DNA of 64,000 nt from Macrostomum lignano (taxonomy: Eukaryota): assembly GCA_002269645.1 (NCBI GenBank), contig NIVC01000240.1, positions 372,001 to 436,000 of the forward strand, given 5' to 3'. Under the pieces are notes generated by a model. It did no database searches. It worked only from the letters and a program-made list of their open reading frames with translations, and had not been told where the DNA came from. The stretch's first letter is position 1; each line of letters opens with the position of its first letter. This document shows, one piece after another, positions 40,496-57,709 of the stretch. A program made the position numbers and the translations under genes.

Positions 40496-40699
40496 CAGGG
40501 GCAATATTTATAAGCTGCTAATTTATAAGCTGCACAGGTACCTTTATAAGCTGCTAATTTATAAGCTGCACAGGTACCTTTATAAGCTGCTAATTGGCGC
40601 CTAAAATCAGAAAAAGCACTATAAATTACCACGTGGACTCATTTTCAGGGGGGGGGTGGGGGCACGTGCCCCCGGTGCCGCAAGCTCCCACTGCCCATG
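40496..40699. mobile_element. Decayed hAT-type MITE
   Basis: 8-bp TSD CTGGGTAG (40488-40495, 40700-40707); imperfect TIR CAGGGGCAAT/CATGGGCAGT. Confidence 0.65.
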
Positions 40700-43600
40700 C
40701 TGGGTAGGCATAGACTAGACGTGGGCATAGGCCTAAGCTTTCTTAGCCCCACCTGGACCTGATGAGGACCGTGAGGTGAGGGGTGAGTGACCTGGGTCTA
40801 GGTGTCATGTCACAGGCTAACAACACAGGGTGTGCAGTAGTTTTATCAAATTTCTGTTGCCTTTTTGTCTGCTGGCAGATGAAAGAACTTTTTTGTTTAT
40901 AATAGGATACAGGTCCTAGTCCCAGTTCTGAAGTCCTGGTCTGCAGTTCTAAAGCCTGTAGGATGGACTTTAGTGAATTGAAATATTCAAAGTATTTGAC
41001 CTTTACTCTAATCTTTAATATGCCTAGGCCTAGAAAAAATATAGGGCTTAGGGCCTATACTGCTATAGGGCCTAGTAGACTGATGCTAATATTTGTTGCC
41101 AAGGATAAGGGCTATTAGGGGGCCTATAGGCCTAGTTGTATTGTATACTTATTTAAGTAAGTTGTTATTTGTCTAGTGACCAGTTAAATAGCCATATGGC
41201 TCATTCCATTATAAGACTAAATAGCCATTTTGTATATTTGAATCTAGTTAAATTACTATATAAATAAAAGGGCTAATCTTTGTCAAAATATTTTTTAAAT
41301 TTCACTGTAATACACATTTTTTAGTTATTGACATTAACCTTGCCAAAAAAATACTTTCATTAGGGCCTAATGCTAACAGTTTATAAAGTGTTTGTTTTGG
41401 CATATAAAATTCAAATTTATGGGGGTTGTAACTTGTAAGTTAACTTTTTAGGCCCTATTGTAATTTTAGGTTTTTCCAGATTTTTCCAAAATTTAACAAC
41501 TATTAACAATTATGCAATTTTGAATTTGTGCACTAATATCATTAGCAAAATATGTATCTATGACCAAAATTAGTTACTAACTCTAGGGGTTTAAGGAGAT
41601 AGGCATTGCTAAGGTACAAATATTATAAATAAAGTACTTTCCACTTAAAAATAGCTAGTAGATAACTTTCTGCCTTAACATAGATTGTGCCACCTCTAGA
41701 AGTTTGCCTAGCCCTTGAACTAACAAATATGGACACTTTTAAACACTTCTAAAATGTTGCCATAATGTGTGACAAAAAAAGCAAATAAGATAGTTTTGTG
41801 TAGCAGTTAATTTAGATAGTTCATGATTAGTTAGCAGATCGGCAAGCCGCTTCAACCCTTAGACTTTTACTATTGCTACTTAAAATTGCTGGATCAGTTG
41901 ATTAATTAATTAAATAGTGGGCCAAGGTAGACAGCAGAAAAGTTGGTTTTAGGAGGCCAGATAGCGTCACAGCTAAGGGTTAGCAAGCCTAGGTCGAGAA
42001 GCAAAGCAAGGGGAAAGGCAAGAGTGGCTGTTGACTATAGTGTAAGCATATATTTAAAGGTAAACAGATAACAACAACACCTTTAATCCAAATCCCAGAC
42101 AAACAACCCCCATGCAGTGCACAATGTACATGTACAAAGTAATAAAAATATATCATGCAAGAATAACATAGTCAGTATATGTATATAGGTAGAACTACTT
42201 TACGAGAAATAATAATGATATGAATAAAATACAAATAATAGAATAAATACATATAAGGCTACAAAAACAAAGCAATTAACAGTAAAAAATAGCACAATAA
42301 TAATATGTACGAATATTGTCAAAATAAATGAAAGAATACAGTAGTAGTACTGTATACATATGAAAATAAAGAAATACAGTACACAATTCTACAAATCACA
42401 TTGTCACAAATGAAAACATTCATTTTTGGAAAGTTTCATGTCAATAGCTAAAAAAATGTGCATATAGTGAATTTAATGAACAATTCTACAAGATAGCCCA
42501 ATAGGCTAGTGTCTGCATTTTCATGCTTGTGCTTTTTGGTGCCTAGCTCTTTAGGACATAAATTAAAAATTAGAATTAGAAACAAAAATAGAAATTGAGC
42601 CCTAATCAATTTAATAATAAATGCTTTGCAGTATATAACTTTATTTTAAAGAACTAAAAAAGCCTATAGGTATTAAATTTATTTTGTTAAGCTTTTTCAT
42701 TTTTGAAAAAGTATTGTTTCTAGTGTTCCATTATAGCTATAGCTATGGCTATAAGATCCTATAGAAAATATGGTAAAATAGGTGCCTATGGCAACTACAG
42801 ATATGCCTATAGTAAATAGCTACTCTTATGGCTATGACTACAAAAATATGGTAGTTGCTGTCATATTCCATCCAATATACTAAAAATTAGATTCCTATAG
42901 CCATAGTTATTAATTTAAAAAAAAATTAAAATTATAAATAGGTAAAACAAAGATACTTTGGTAAACTGTATTATAGACTTAAAAACTTAAAAATTATATC
43001 TACACTCATAATAAAGTACAACAAAACATCAGCAAAACTCCTAACTTTTTTAATGTGAAAAAATTTCAGCAGTAGTACTTTCATTAGTGATTAAATATCA
43101 TTACTCTTTGTAAAAAGATGAAATATAATCTTACAAAGGCAATTGAATGTTTGTTTTATTTTTACCTTATTTTTGCAAATATGTAAGCACCAGGTTATCT
43201 TCCTATTCCAAAATATTTTGTTTCCTAGACTTTTTGTTAAAACTACAGCTACAGCTATATGAACTATAGGAATATGGTAATATTGGGGTCCCTATGGCTA
43301 TGGAATATAGAGACTTGGAATAAGCCATAGTTTTGCTTATGGCTATGGCTATGGCACATAGACCCTCTTTTTGGCAGAACACTACTTGTTTCATTTTAAT
43401 TTTTTGTCCTAATTTGTCAAGAAATCTAAATATAATTGTATGTTATTCAAGAAATCAATTAGTACTAAAAGAGGTATCAGTTAATAATTTTAATCAAAAC
43501 TACTGTATATGTAGCATTGTTGATGGATATCATTGTTACTTAACTAAATCTTCTTAGCACACATTTTAAGTGCAGCCTTGTATATACAATATGGATATAC

Positions 43601-44893
43601 AGTCCATGCAATTAAAATAAATAGATTTTTCAAAATTTCAAAAACATACCAGTTCATATATGCCTAACCTCAAAATTTCAACCATCCAGTGCAGCTTTGT
43701 TTTGTCCAGATTTGCGACTTACCTATGTGCAATTGCAACTTAGTTCCTCCCAATTGCAACTTAGTTCCCCTGGTTGCAACTTAGTTCCCCTGATTGCAAC
43801 TTAGTTCCCCTGATTGCAATTTAATTTTCACTTTGTATACGACTTTTCTTGCCTTTTTCTCTTTTCTTCTCTCTCTTTCCCCTCTCTCTCTTCTCCCTCT
43901 TTTCTTTTCCCTTTCTCTTCCTCTTCTTTTTTTATCTTCCCCCAATTTTTTGTTTTTTGCATTTTTGATTTTGCAACTTACCTTGGCCAGTGGCCATTTC
44001 ACCCATCCAGTTTGGACAGGTTGGATGGGTGTTGGGCATGTATGTACCAGTTTAACAAAAAGGACAAGCTTTTATTAAGAAAAAAATACAGTTTGTAGAA
44101 CAATTATTATATTATAAAATTATTTTAATAATTAGGCATCATAAACTAAGGCACCTAATTTGGGATACCAGAAACTAGGCACCAAAAAGCATGGAAACCA
44201 ATAGGCCTATGATAGGACTAGGCTATATACCATAGAACATACATGTACAATACCTGGCTAAACTAGCCAATCTAGTTGGCTAGCAAGGGGCCAGGCCTAG
44301 CCAAGGACAAAGTAGGCCTAAGTTGCAGAAATGCCTAGGGCCAATCTAAAAAATACAGACATAATTAGATGATGAGGCATTTAGCCTTAATAATTTGGTC
44401 ACAGTTAGGTCATTTGTAAGATTGTATTTTTGATAGGCCTAGTTAGTTGGAATGGTTCTTTTTTCTATCAATCAATTAGCTTATTCATTTTAAATGATCT
44501 CACCTGACCTGAGCACCACAAAGCTCTTCTGTTGATACATTTGATTGGCCAATTAAATGGCACCTTTGGATAGTATATCAGCCATGCCAGATGGCCTAAG
44601 TCTCTTTCTGCCTAAAGAGATGGACGTTCTAATTGTGCTGATTTTAGCACTAGTTTCAGGTTGATTAACAGCCAGATCACTTGAATCTAGCTGTTCCATA
44701 GCTGCAGATGGCTGAAATGATGTCGAAAGAAACTAATTTAGTTGCTGCCTCTGCTGCTTAGACTTGTTTGCCAATTTCACGAGCTTTTACCTTTCAATTT
44801 TGAGTCGTTGCAGCTTTTTTCTTAGCAGAGCATTTAGGTAGTCCTTTAATGAATTCAATTTCAGTTCCTCTCGTTTCTCTAGCCAGCTCTGAA

Positions 44894-45550
44894 ATGCCTG
44901 AAAAACGCAAATCCGACGAGGCCCGCGACGCCGATGAGGAGCCGCCAGCTGCCGCTGTCAACGTCCAACCCGAAATTGAAGAGGAAGAGGACGCCGACGA
45001 ATACCAGGTGGAGAAGATCATGGACAGCCGGATTCGCAACGGCAAGAAGGAGTACCTCATCAAGTGGAAGAACTATCCGCATTCAGACAACACCTGGGAG
45101 CCGGAGGAGAACTGCGACTGTCCGGAAATTGTAGCGGAATTCGAGTCCACCCGGGCCGAGAGGAAAAAGCACGGCCCGTCGGAGAAGAAGCGCCGCGTCG
45201 GGGCCAGCGGCGGCGGTGACGCCGACTCGGCCTCTGGCAGCGGCACCAGGAAGCCGACAGGCGAGAAGGCCGCCAAAAAGTCCAAGGAGGCGAAGCTGGC
45301 CGAGTCCGACGGGCCAGCGGGGAGCGGCGCTACTAAACTGCGCGGATTCGAGCGCGGCCTGCAGGCTGACAGAATTGTTGGCGCCACGGACTCGAGCGGC
45401 GAGCTGATGTTCCTCATGAAGTGGGTGGATCATGACGAGGCCGACCTGGTGCCGGCCCGCCAAGCCAATATCAAGTGTCCCCAGGTGGTCATTCGGTTCT
45501 ACGAGGAGCGTCTGACCTGGCACACGCACGACAATGCCGAGAATAAGTGA
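44894..45550 (+). CDS. HP1: Heterochromatin protein 1 (chromobox) homologue, intronless CDS
   Basis: Chromodomain [41 protein letters not shown]; basic hinge; chromoshadow [53 protein letters not shown] pyrimidine-rich acceptor (TTTCTCTAG|) lies 11 nt before this ATG; AATAAA near 46134. Confidence 0.95.
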   Translation: MPEKRKSDEARDADEEPPAAAVNVQPEIEEEEDADEYQVEKIMDSRIRNGKKEYLIKWKNYPHSDNTWEPEENCDCPEIVAEFESTRAERKKHGPSEKKRRVGASGGGDADSASGSGTRKPTGEKAAKKSKEAKLAESDGPAGSGATKLRGFERGLQADRIVGATDSSGELMFLMKWVDHDEADLVPARQANIKCPQVVIRFYEERLTWHTHDNAENK

Positions 45551-46325
45551 TTTAAGCGCAATATTTTTAACAGCGCGCGGGTCCCCAGGACGCTTTTTCT
45601 TTATTTTATTTTGTGTTAAATTGTAGGAGCGTAGGTAGGACAATAAAATTCTTTTGTATAAAGTCTTCTTGCATGCTCCTTCTGTAGCTTGCGGCGTTTG
45701 ATGTCTGCTTTCAGGAGTTTTGCATTCTTTAGTAGGTGGGTTGGTGTTAAGTTTCCCAGCTATGTTATAAATTTTACCGGTACCTCTGCATTTTTTAGTC
45801 TACTGAAAACCATTTTCCGTTCGATGAGTAACAAATCAAGGGCGTCCTGCTGGGTTAAATTTTACTATCCAACCTGATTAGTCTCATTCTGTCTTCTAAT
45901 GGCTCTCTAATTCATTTACTATTTTATCAACTAGTGCCGTGTCTGTGTTGTGCGTGTGCTATAATTAATTCAACTATCACTACGTTTGTTTATTGTGCGT
46001 TTCCTATATTTGTGTAATTAATGCTTAAGCAATCGTGTCTCATTAATATTCTGTCCGCTTTTGGTTACCTTAACGCATTTTCTATTTTAGTTTATGCTCG
46101 TAGTTAATTTATCAGTAAACTAATAACTAATATAATAAAACACAGCTCGGTGTCCGCTTAATTGTGTCTCAAGCAAACTTAAAACTTGTTCACAATCCAC
46201 TCTGTATTGTTTGTTTGTGTTCTGCCTTTCTAAATTTATTAATTAGTATTTTTATATTAGTATTATATAAGTAATGGGGATCACGAGTCGGACTAATTCC
46301 GCGTTTTAGGACACTTCCAACAGTC

Positions 46326-47070
46326 AGGCCACTGCCACCAATCCTTTGGCCACTGCCACCAATCCTTTGGCCACCGCCACCAATCCTTTAGGCCACCGCC
46401 ACCAATCCTTTAGGCCACTGCCACCAATCCTTTGGCCACTGCCACCAATCCTTTGGCCACCGCCACCAATCCTTTAGGCCACCGCCACCAATCCTTTAGG
46501 CCACTGCCACCAATCCTTTGGCCACCGCCACCAATCCTTTAGGCCACCGCCACCAATCCTTTAGGCCACCGCCACCAATCTTTCAGGCCACCGCCACCAA
46601 TCCTTTAGGCCACCGCCACCAATCTTTCAGGCCACCGCCACCAATCCTTTAGGCCACCGCCACCAATCTTTCAGGCCACCGCCACCAATCCTTTAGGCCA
46701 CCGCCACCAATCTTTCAGGCCACTGCCACCAATCCTTTGGCCACCGCCACCAATCCTTTAGGCCACCGCCACCAATCTTTCAGGCCACTGCCACCAATCC
46801 TTTGGCCACCGCCACCAATCCTTTAGGCCACCGCCACCAATCTTTCAGGCCACCGCCACCAATCCTTTAGGCCACCACCACCAGTCTCAGTCTACTGCCA
46901 CCATAATTTAGGCCACTGCCACCATTATTTCAGGCCACCATTATTTCAGGCCATTATTTCAGGCCACCACCAATATTTCAGGCCACTGCCACCAATATTT
47001 CAGGCCACTGCCACCATTATTTTAGACCACCACCAATATTTCAGACCACCACCAATATTACAGGCCACTG
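46326..47070. repeat. 21/22-bp minisatellite (GGCCACCGCCACCAATCCTTTA)
   Basis: Tandem copies decaying rightwards. Confidence 0.94.
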
Positions 47071-47329
47071 TCACCAGTACCTCCATTCTTGATTCAGCAT
47101 AGTAATGGATTTTTACACAAAAGTTATTCAGAGCATGTAAATTCTCTGAACTCAGTAGTGATCGATATTCACCGGCATGCACATAATACACAGTAAGGTC
47201 ATAACAATGTATCATTAGGGATTAAGAAAATTTAACGGAATACTTAGTTCTACCAAGACTGGTGCACCATGCATTTCGTATTGCAGCATAGTTTTTAGTT
47301 TGGCTAAATTTTACCAGAAAAAAGCCAAT

Positions 47330-47910
47330 TAAACAATCAATCAGCAGTTAAAGAAAAATGATGTCAACTTGCGATTTGGAAAGCGACCGCCTTCGCAAAG
47401 AGGCAACGGGTTGTTTTTTATCTCGAAACGCCTGTCCCGACCGGAGCCAAGCGCAAGAAGTTGTGGACTGCGTTGGATTTTTACAAAGCCGGTTTAACCG
47501 CCGCTAGAGTACCCAAGGACCGCCAGCTTGTGTTTAAAGAACAGCGCCGTAGCCACAAAGACCTGTGCATCCTGGAATGGAGCGAAGCGCACTACACCAG
47601 GGCCTGGAGCCACTTTCGCTACTGTCTGCAGGGCTACGCAGACTCTTGGTTGAATGCCACTTATTGGGCCACTGAACCGCCAATTCTACGGATGAGGCTG
47701 ACACCGCTTTGGGGTGATAAATTTGTAAGGCAGTCTGGCTAGCGATATGCGGGCCAATGTTCACCCTTATTTTACTCTTCAGACATTACAGGCCATTCTG
47801 ACGAGATAGTAATGGATTTTTACTGTCAATGTAAATCTGTAGATCACTTATCTGTCTACTCCTTCACACTTAGTGCATTTCTTGATTTGGTCTTTTACCA
47901 GAAAAAAATG
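47330..47910 (+). pseudogene. Indel-riddled duplicate of exon 1 of the TPR-J gene (possibly an assembly artefact)
   Basis: Near-identical to 47910-48430 but with many 1-nt indels and patches matching the neighbouring minisatellite and its flank. Confidence 0.6.
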
Positions 47911-47944
47911 CCAATTGAAACAATCAATCAGCAGTTAAAGAAAA

Positions 47945-52129
<4,185 letters not shown>

Positions 52130-52964
52130 TTGACCGGGCTGACTGAGTGGAATTATTCCGACTTTCTTTAAAGTTTATCGTTCATTTATGTGTGTTTAGT
52201 AGTCAATTATACGAAGTCAAGTAGTCATTAAAGGAGTTCTCCAAGGTCTAGAGACGTAATTCAGAAAACAATACTTTTTTGCAGAAATTGCTTAGGAGGT
52301 ATTTCACTAGTTGGGGAATAGTCAAAGTTGTTATAAAATTGGTAAACACTTGTTTGTAGACATGACAGGGGAATTTGTCATACAGAATGTCGGTGAATTG
52401 TCACAGAAAATATTATCAAAAATTTCTGAAACGTTAAAGATATTGAAAGGGTATTTAAAAAAAGTAGTTATTATTACTCTTATTCCCTTGCTATTCCGCT
52501 ACACTAGTTCAAACTTTTTTAATAAATAACTTTTTTATTTTTTTATTTACTTTTGCTGTCAGCGTTAGTATTTTCTTTTTCCTACAGTATGACGAAAAAT
52601 GTCAAGTAATCTGAACTTCTTTTAGCATTTATGGAAAAACTTCAAGCACCAAGAATATTACAAGTTGAAACAATATAAGACCTGTTGCCCTTTGATATCC
52701 TGCTGCCGCTGTCTGCTGGCATTTTTCTTGTTATGTTTTTCAGCAGTTATTGTTTAAAACTATCTGTTTTGTTTAGTTAGTTTGTTCTTCTCAATTCATG
52801 CAATCAATGCACTCCAAACAGTGCTGCTTTATTTGGAAGTTGTCAACATACTACTTTTAGTATAGTAATGATAACTATATAACAAAATTATGCAATACAT
52901 TTTTGGCAATGCGGCGTTCAGCTAAGAGCTACATTGCTTTAATGGCTGATCGAGTTTACCCATT

Positions 52965-53153
52965 TAGTTAGGTAGGAAGTTAGATAGTTGGTTAGCTAGT
53001 TAGATAGTTAATTAGTTAGATAGTTTAGTCAGTTAGTCAGTTAGTTAGTTAGATAGTTAGTTAGATAGTTAGTTAGTTATTTGGTTAGTTAGTTAGTTAG
53101 TTTAGTCAGTTAGTCAGTTAGTTAGTTAGATAGTTAGTTACTTAGTTAGTTAC

Positions 53154-53197
<44 letters not shown>

Positions 53198-53255
53198 CTA
53201 GTTAGATAGTTAATTAGTTAGATAGTTTAGTCAGTTAGTTAGTTAGCTAGTTAGT

Positions 53256-53302
<47 letters not shown>

Positions 53303-53361
53303 TTTGGTTAGTTAGTTAGTTAGTTATTCGGTTAGTTAGTTAGTTAGTTAGCTAGTTAGTC

Positions 53362-53410
<49 letters not shown>

Positions 53411-53430
53411 TTTAGTTAGTTAGTTATTTG

Positions 53431-53503
<73 letters not shown>

Positions 53504-53507
53504 TTCG

Positions 53508-53539
<32 letters not shown>

Positions 53540-53543
53540 TTCG

Positions 53544-53575
<32 letters not shown>

Positions 53576-53583
53576 TTCGGTTT

Positions 53584-53623
<40 letters not shown>

Positions 53624-53627
53624 TTCG

Positions 53628-53671
<44 letters not shown>

Positions 53672-53691
53672 GTTAGTTAGTTAGTTATTCG

Positions 53692-53739
<48 letters not shown>

Positions 53740-53774
53740 TTCGGTTAGTTAGTTAGTTAGCTAGTTAGTCAGTC

Positions 53775-53811
<37 letters not shown>

Positions 53812-53839
53812 TTTGGTTAGTTAGTTAGTTAGTTATTCG

Positions 53840-53907
<68 letters not shown>

Positions 53908-53934
53908 TTCGGTTAGTTAGTTAGCTAGTTAGTC

Positions 53935-53987
<53 letters not shown>

Positions 53988-54026
53988 TTCGGTTAGTTAG
54001 TTAGTTAGTTAGCTAGTTAGTCAGTC

Positions 54027-54059
<33 letters not shown>

Positions 54060-54087
54060 TTTGGTTAGTTAGTTAGTTAGTTATTCG

Positions 54088-54179
<92 letters not shown>

Positions 54180-54206
54180 TTCGGTTAGTTAGTTAGCTAG
54201 TTAGTC

Positions 54207-54251
<45 letters not shown>

Positions 54252-54255
54252 TTTG

Positions 54256-54293
<38 letters not shown>

Positions 54294-54294
54294 C

Positions 54295-54331
<37 letters not shown>

Positions 54332-54500
54332 TTTGGTTAGTTAGTTAGTTAGTTAGCTAGTTAGTCAGTCAGTCAGTCAGTCAGTCAGTCAGTCAGTCAG
54401 TCAGTCAGTCAGTCAGTCAGTTAGTTAGTTAGCTAGATAGTTCTTTAGTTAGTTATTTAAATTAGTTAGTTAGCTAGATAGTTTAGTCAGTCAGTCAGTT
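52965..54500. repeat. (TTAG)n microsatellite, ~1.5 kb, with TATTCGG interruptions and a (GTCA)n tail
   Basis: Direct inspection. Confidence 0.97.
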
Positions 54501-55321
54501 AGATAGGGCTTGACCCCAAATTATACGACAAGCCCCAGACCAATTTTTGCGCATTCGATCCCTCTGGATCGCACGGAACCGAACGCATGTACACTGACGC
54601 CAGAGTCAGACATTTCTGGCCTGACTGCTGATTTCTACTGATAAACTAATCCTAATTTTACTCAACGCTGCAAACACATTGTGAATTGCATCGGAGAGAT
54701 GAAAAATATTTGAAGTATCTGACTTCAAGATGGTTAAACACGATCTTTTACTTGCAGCATAAAAATCTGCAGAGCAAGCTAGGGAAGCAAAAGCTAACAT
54801 GGTGCGAAAGAAGAAAAATAACTGCAGGCAAATGATATGATAGACAGCAGAGAGGCGCCTGTGCAGCTGGGGGTTAACACCTGGCAATGATTTCTTTCCC
54901 ACCTTCGCGTACAGCGATAATGCTGGTGTATGGTAATATTCATGTATTAACTGCGCATGCGCAGCGATGGCAGAACGCAACGACCTTGAAGAAGTTGAAG
55001 CTTCGCCGTTCGGATGCATGGTCCGATCCTTAACTACGCACGGTAGGGATGATCGGTGCTTGGTCGTGTTGGGAGAGAGTTGCTGGTTGCCGATCAATAA
55101 TAACTTTTAACGCCAGCTTTCGACCAACCCACCGGCCTTGGTGTAACCCTGTGCCCTGCAGCTTTCATCAGCTTCTCCCTATTTCTCCTCCACACTTTGC
55201 TGAATATTTATAGTCTGCAGACTGGCGCTCACGGGCGTTTCTTAATGCGATCCAGGCACATCCTACAGTGAGCATCTTTTGAAGGTATTTGGCACTTCAA
55301 CTGCGGTTTATACCTGAGGAA

Positions 55322-57709
55322 ATGTCCAACCAGTTCAAGCATGGATTGTGCGGCTGCTTTGACGATTTCGGTAAGGCTGGCATGTTCTTTTTAAACGTTT
55401 CAGAGTGTCATCTTGCTGAAGCAACCCAGCAGTATTGGGAGATTTCGTACATCTTGCTCGATGCGTGTATTGCCAGCAGGGGCGTCGCCATGGATTTTAT
55501 GATGGGGGGGGACAAGACTTCTGGACATTTACATGACTACATGACTACATGTACATTTTTTTCAGAATCGTATTTGTCAGCGATTAATTTAGCGCCACAG
55601 GCACTCATTTTAGCGCCGCAGGCACTCATTTTAGCGCTGTAGTAGGCCCTCATTTTAGCGCCGCATGCACCATTTTCGCGCCGCAGACACTCATTTTAGC
55701 GCCGCAGGCACTCATTTTAGCGCCGCATGCACTCATTTTAGCGCCGCATGCACCATTTTCGCGCCGCAGACACTCATTTTAGCGCCGCAGGCACTCATTT
55801 TAGCGCCGCATGCACTCATTTTAGCGCCGCAGGCACCTTTTTTGTCGCCCTGAAGCAAAGTTATTGATTCCATCACAGGTCAACAAAAGTGGGGTGGGGG
55901 GACAAAGCATTGGCATGTCCCTCCTGTCCCCCCCCCCGGTGGCGACGCCCCTGATTGCCAGTAAGGAACTTACGCTCGTATATTTGCCGAATCGCAAGTG
56001 CATTTAGCATGCTCTCAAGAACGCAATACGAGAAAATTCCGATTTCTGGAGAGCATGCTATACCGATCATTCGGCCCGCGGAAACTCGTACCCAAGGGCC
56101 ATATCCGATGTCCATTACGACCCCAGCTTGAGCCATATAGACTATAATATGTCCGAAAACTAAGCACCAGAGACAATAGAAATAAAAAGAGCAAAAATGG
56201 CCCAGTGTGGACCTTACAACTGGGTGGTGGTGGTGGGTTTTTACGAAGGATTCAGCCATTCAACGTGAAGTCCAATCCAACTGAAGCTTGTTGGCTCAAG
56301 CAGCGAACGCTATACGATGGAACAGCATCGCATGCCAGTGCTCAAACGAGAGGTAGAGGCCTTGATGAATGCATGTCATCACCCAGCAGAAGTGCATTCC
56401 GTGGGTGAACCAATATTCAAACGTGTCTAGAGCTGGTAGTGGTATGTCTCTGTGCGTACACATGCACTCCTGAACTTATGACTTTATGAGCATTCTTCTT
56501 GGGCAAAATTGGTTGAATTTTTTGGCAAACTAGGTCGCAAAAAGGTATAAATTATGCACCTGCGATCCGACTAAAATACTTCATTTCCGGCTTCCGGCTA
56601 ATTTTAAATATGAGCTACGTTATCAACAAGCTGTTTGTTAGTTGGTTTGGCAATTGCAGCGATATGGATGGTCTATATTTACAATAAAAAATTAAATGGT
56701 TGGACTTTTGAAGCAAAAAGCCAGCTAGGGAAGGGATTTTTTCAAAATTAAAAAAATGAAGAAATCAATCTAAACCAAATAACACTTCAGATCCAAGTCT
56801 TGTACTTTGTTTAAATGGCTGGTTGAAACTGGTTGAAAAGCAGTGAACTGACAAATACGTCGGGAGAAGCTGCTGTTTAACGTTTTAAATAAAAAAGCTC
56901 TAAAACGACTTCATAAATCTTTTTAAGCATCCAATTAAATAAAATTGTGTTTCTCGGTAAAAAAATTTAGGTTCGCTTTACGCAAAAAATTATAAAAGCG
57001 AAATAAGTACACGATATATTTTTCAAATACAAAAAAATCGCAGGTTTTAATCGGAAGCAAATAAAATGTCCCGTTTCTACTAATGACTTGCCTGTGTTAT
57101 CGACGTTTGCAGAATTTTGTTCGTGAAATCAAGGATTTCATAAATATTTTATGCCAAGCTAGCTCTCTTAATATGTATTGTCTTACTGTACAAAACTTGT
57201 ACATGTAATATCAACGAAACGATTTCTAACTAATTGCATTAGCCCAGCTAATGCCGCTACCAAGTTTACAACTGGGTGAACTGAAGCAATGAAGAGCTAA
57301 GTGGATCAAGAATCGAACCTCCGACTTTTCAGTCGTGAGTCCGACGCTCTATAACCACTATGGAAGATGCCCAAGTCAAAATGAATGCAGCTATTATAAC
57401 AAATCAAATTATTGACCCTCCCCTGTCGCAGGCCTGTGCATCGTCACCTATCTGGTTCCCTGCTACACCTTCGGCAAGAATGCGGAGGCTGTGCAGGAGA
57501 GCTGCCTGCTCTGCGGCATCGGCTACCTGTTCGTGTCGCCCTGCCTCGGCGCCATTGTGCGCGGCAAGATCCGCGAGAAGCAGGGCATCCCCGGCCGCTT
57601 CGTCAGCGACCTGCTGGCGCACCTGTGCTGTCCGCTCTGCGCCCTGATGCAGGACGCCCAGGAGGTCAAGGCCATGGCTCCGGCCGGCTCAGCGGTTGAA
57701 CGAGAGTAG
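55322..57709 (+). CDS. PLAC8/cornifelin-family Cys-rich protein (108 aa); exons 55322-55370, 57432-57709
   Basis: MSNQFKHGLCGCFDDF|GLCIVTYLVPCYTFGKNAEAV..CLLCG..RGKIREKQGIPG..SDLLAHLCCPLCALMQ; donor G|GTAAGG, acceptor TCGCAG|GC. Confidence 0.92.
55477..55953. mobile_element. hAT-type MITE with an internal 21-bp minisatellite, in the PLAC8 intron
   Basis: Perfect TIR CAGGGGCGTCGCCA, 8-bp TSD ATTGCCAG; GCACTCATTTTAGCGCCGCAG array at ~55590-55835. Confidence 0.88.
57243..57361 (-). mobile_element. Internally deleted copy of SINE family B
   Basis: Shares CCCAGCTAATGC, CTGGGTGAACTGAAGCAATG, GAATCGAACC and GTCGTGAGTCCGACGCTCT with 8970-9130. Confidence 0.75.

Noticed and set aside
44849-44893. 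Upstream in-frame ATG for HP1
   Set aside because: It lies before a strong splice acceptor in a pyrimidine tract; 44894 is the more plausible start.
52965-54500. Interstitial telomere
   Set aside because: The unit is TTAG, not TTAGGG or TTAGG; it is an ordinary tetranucleotide repeat.
54606-55097. 163-aa minus-strand ORF
   Set aside because: No recognisable homology or splice context.
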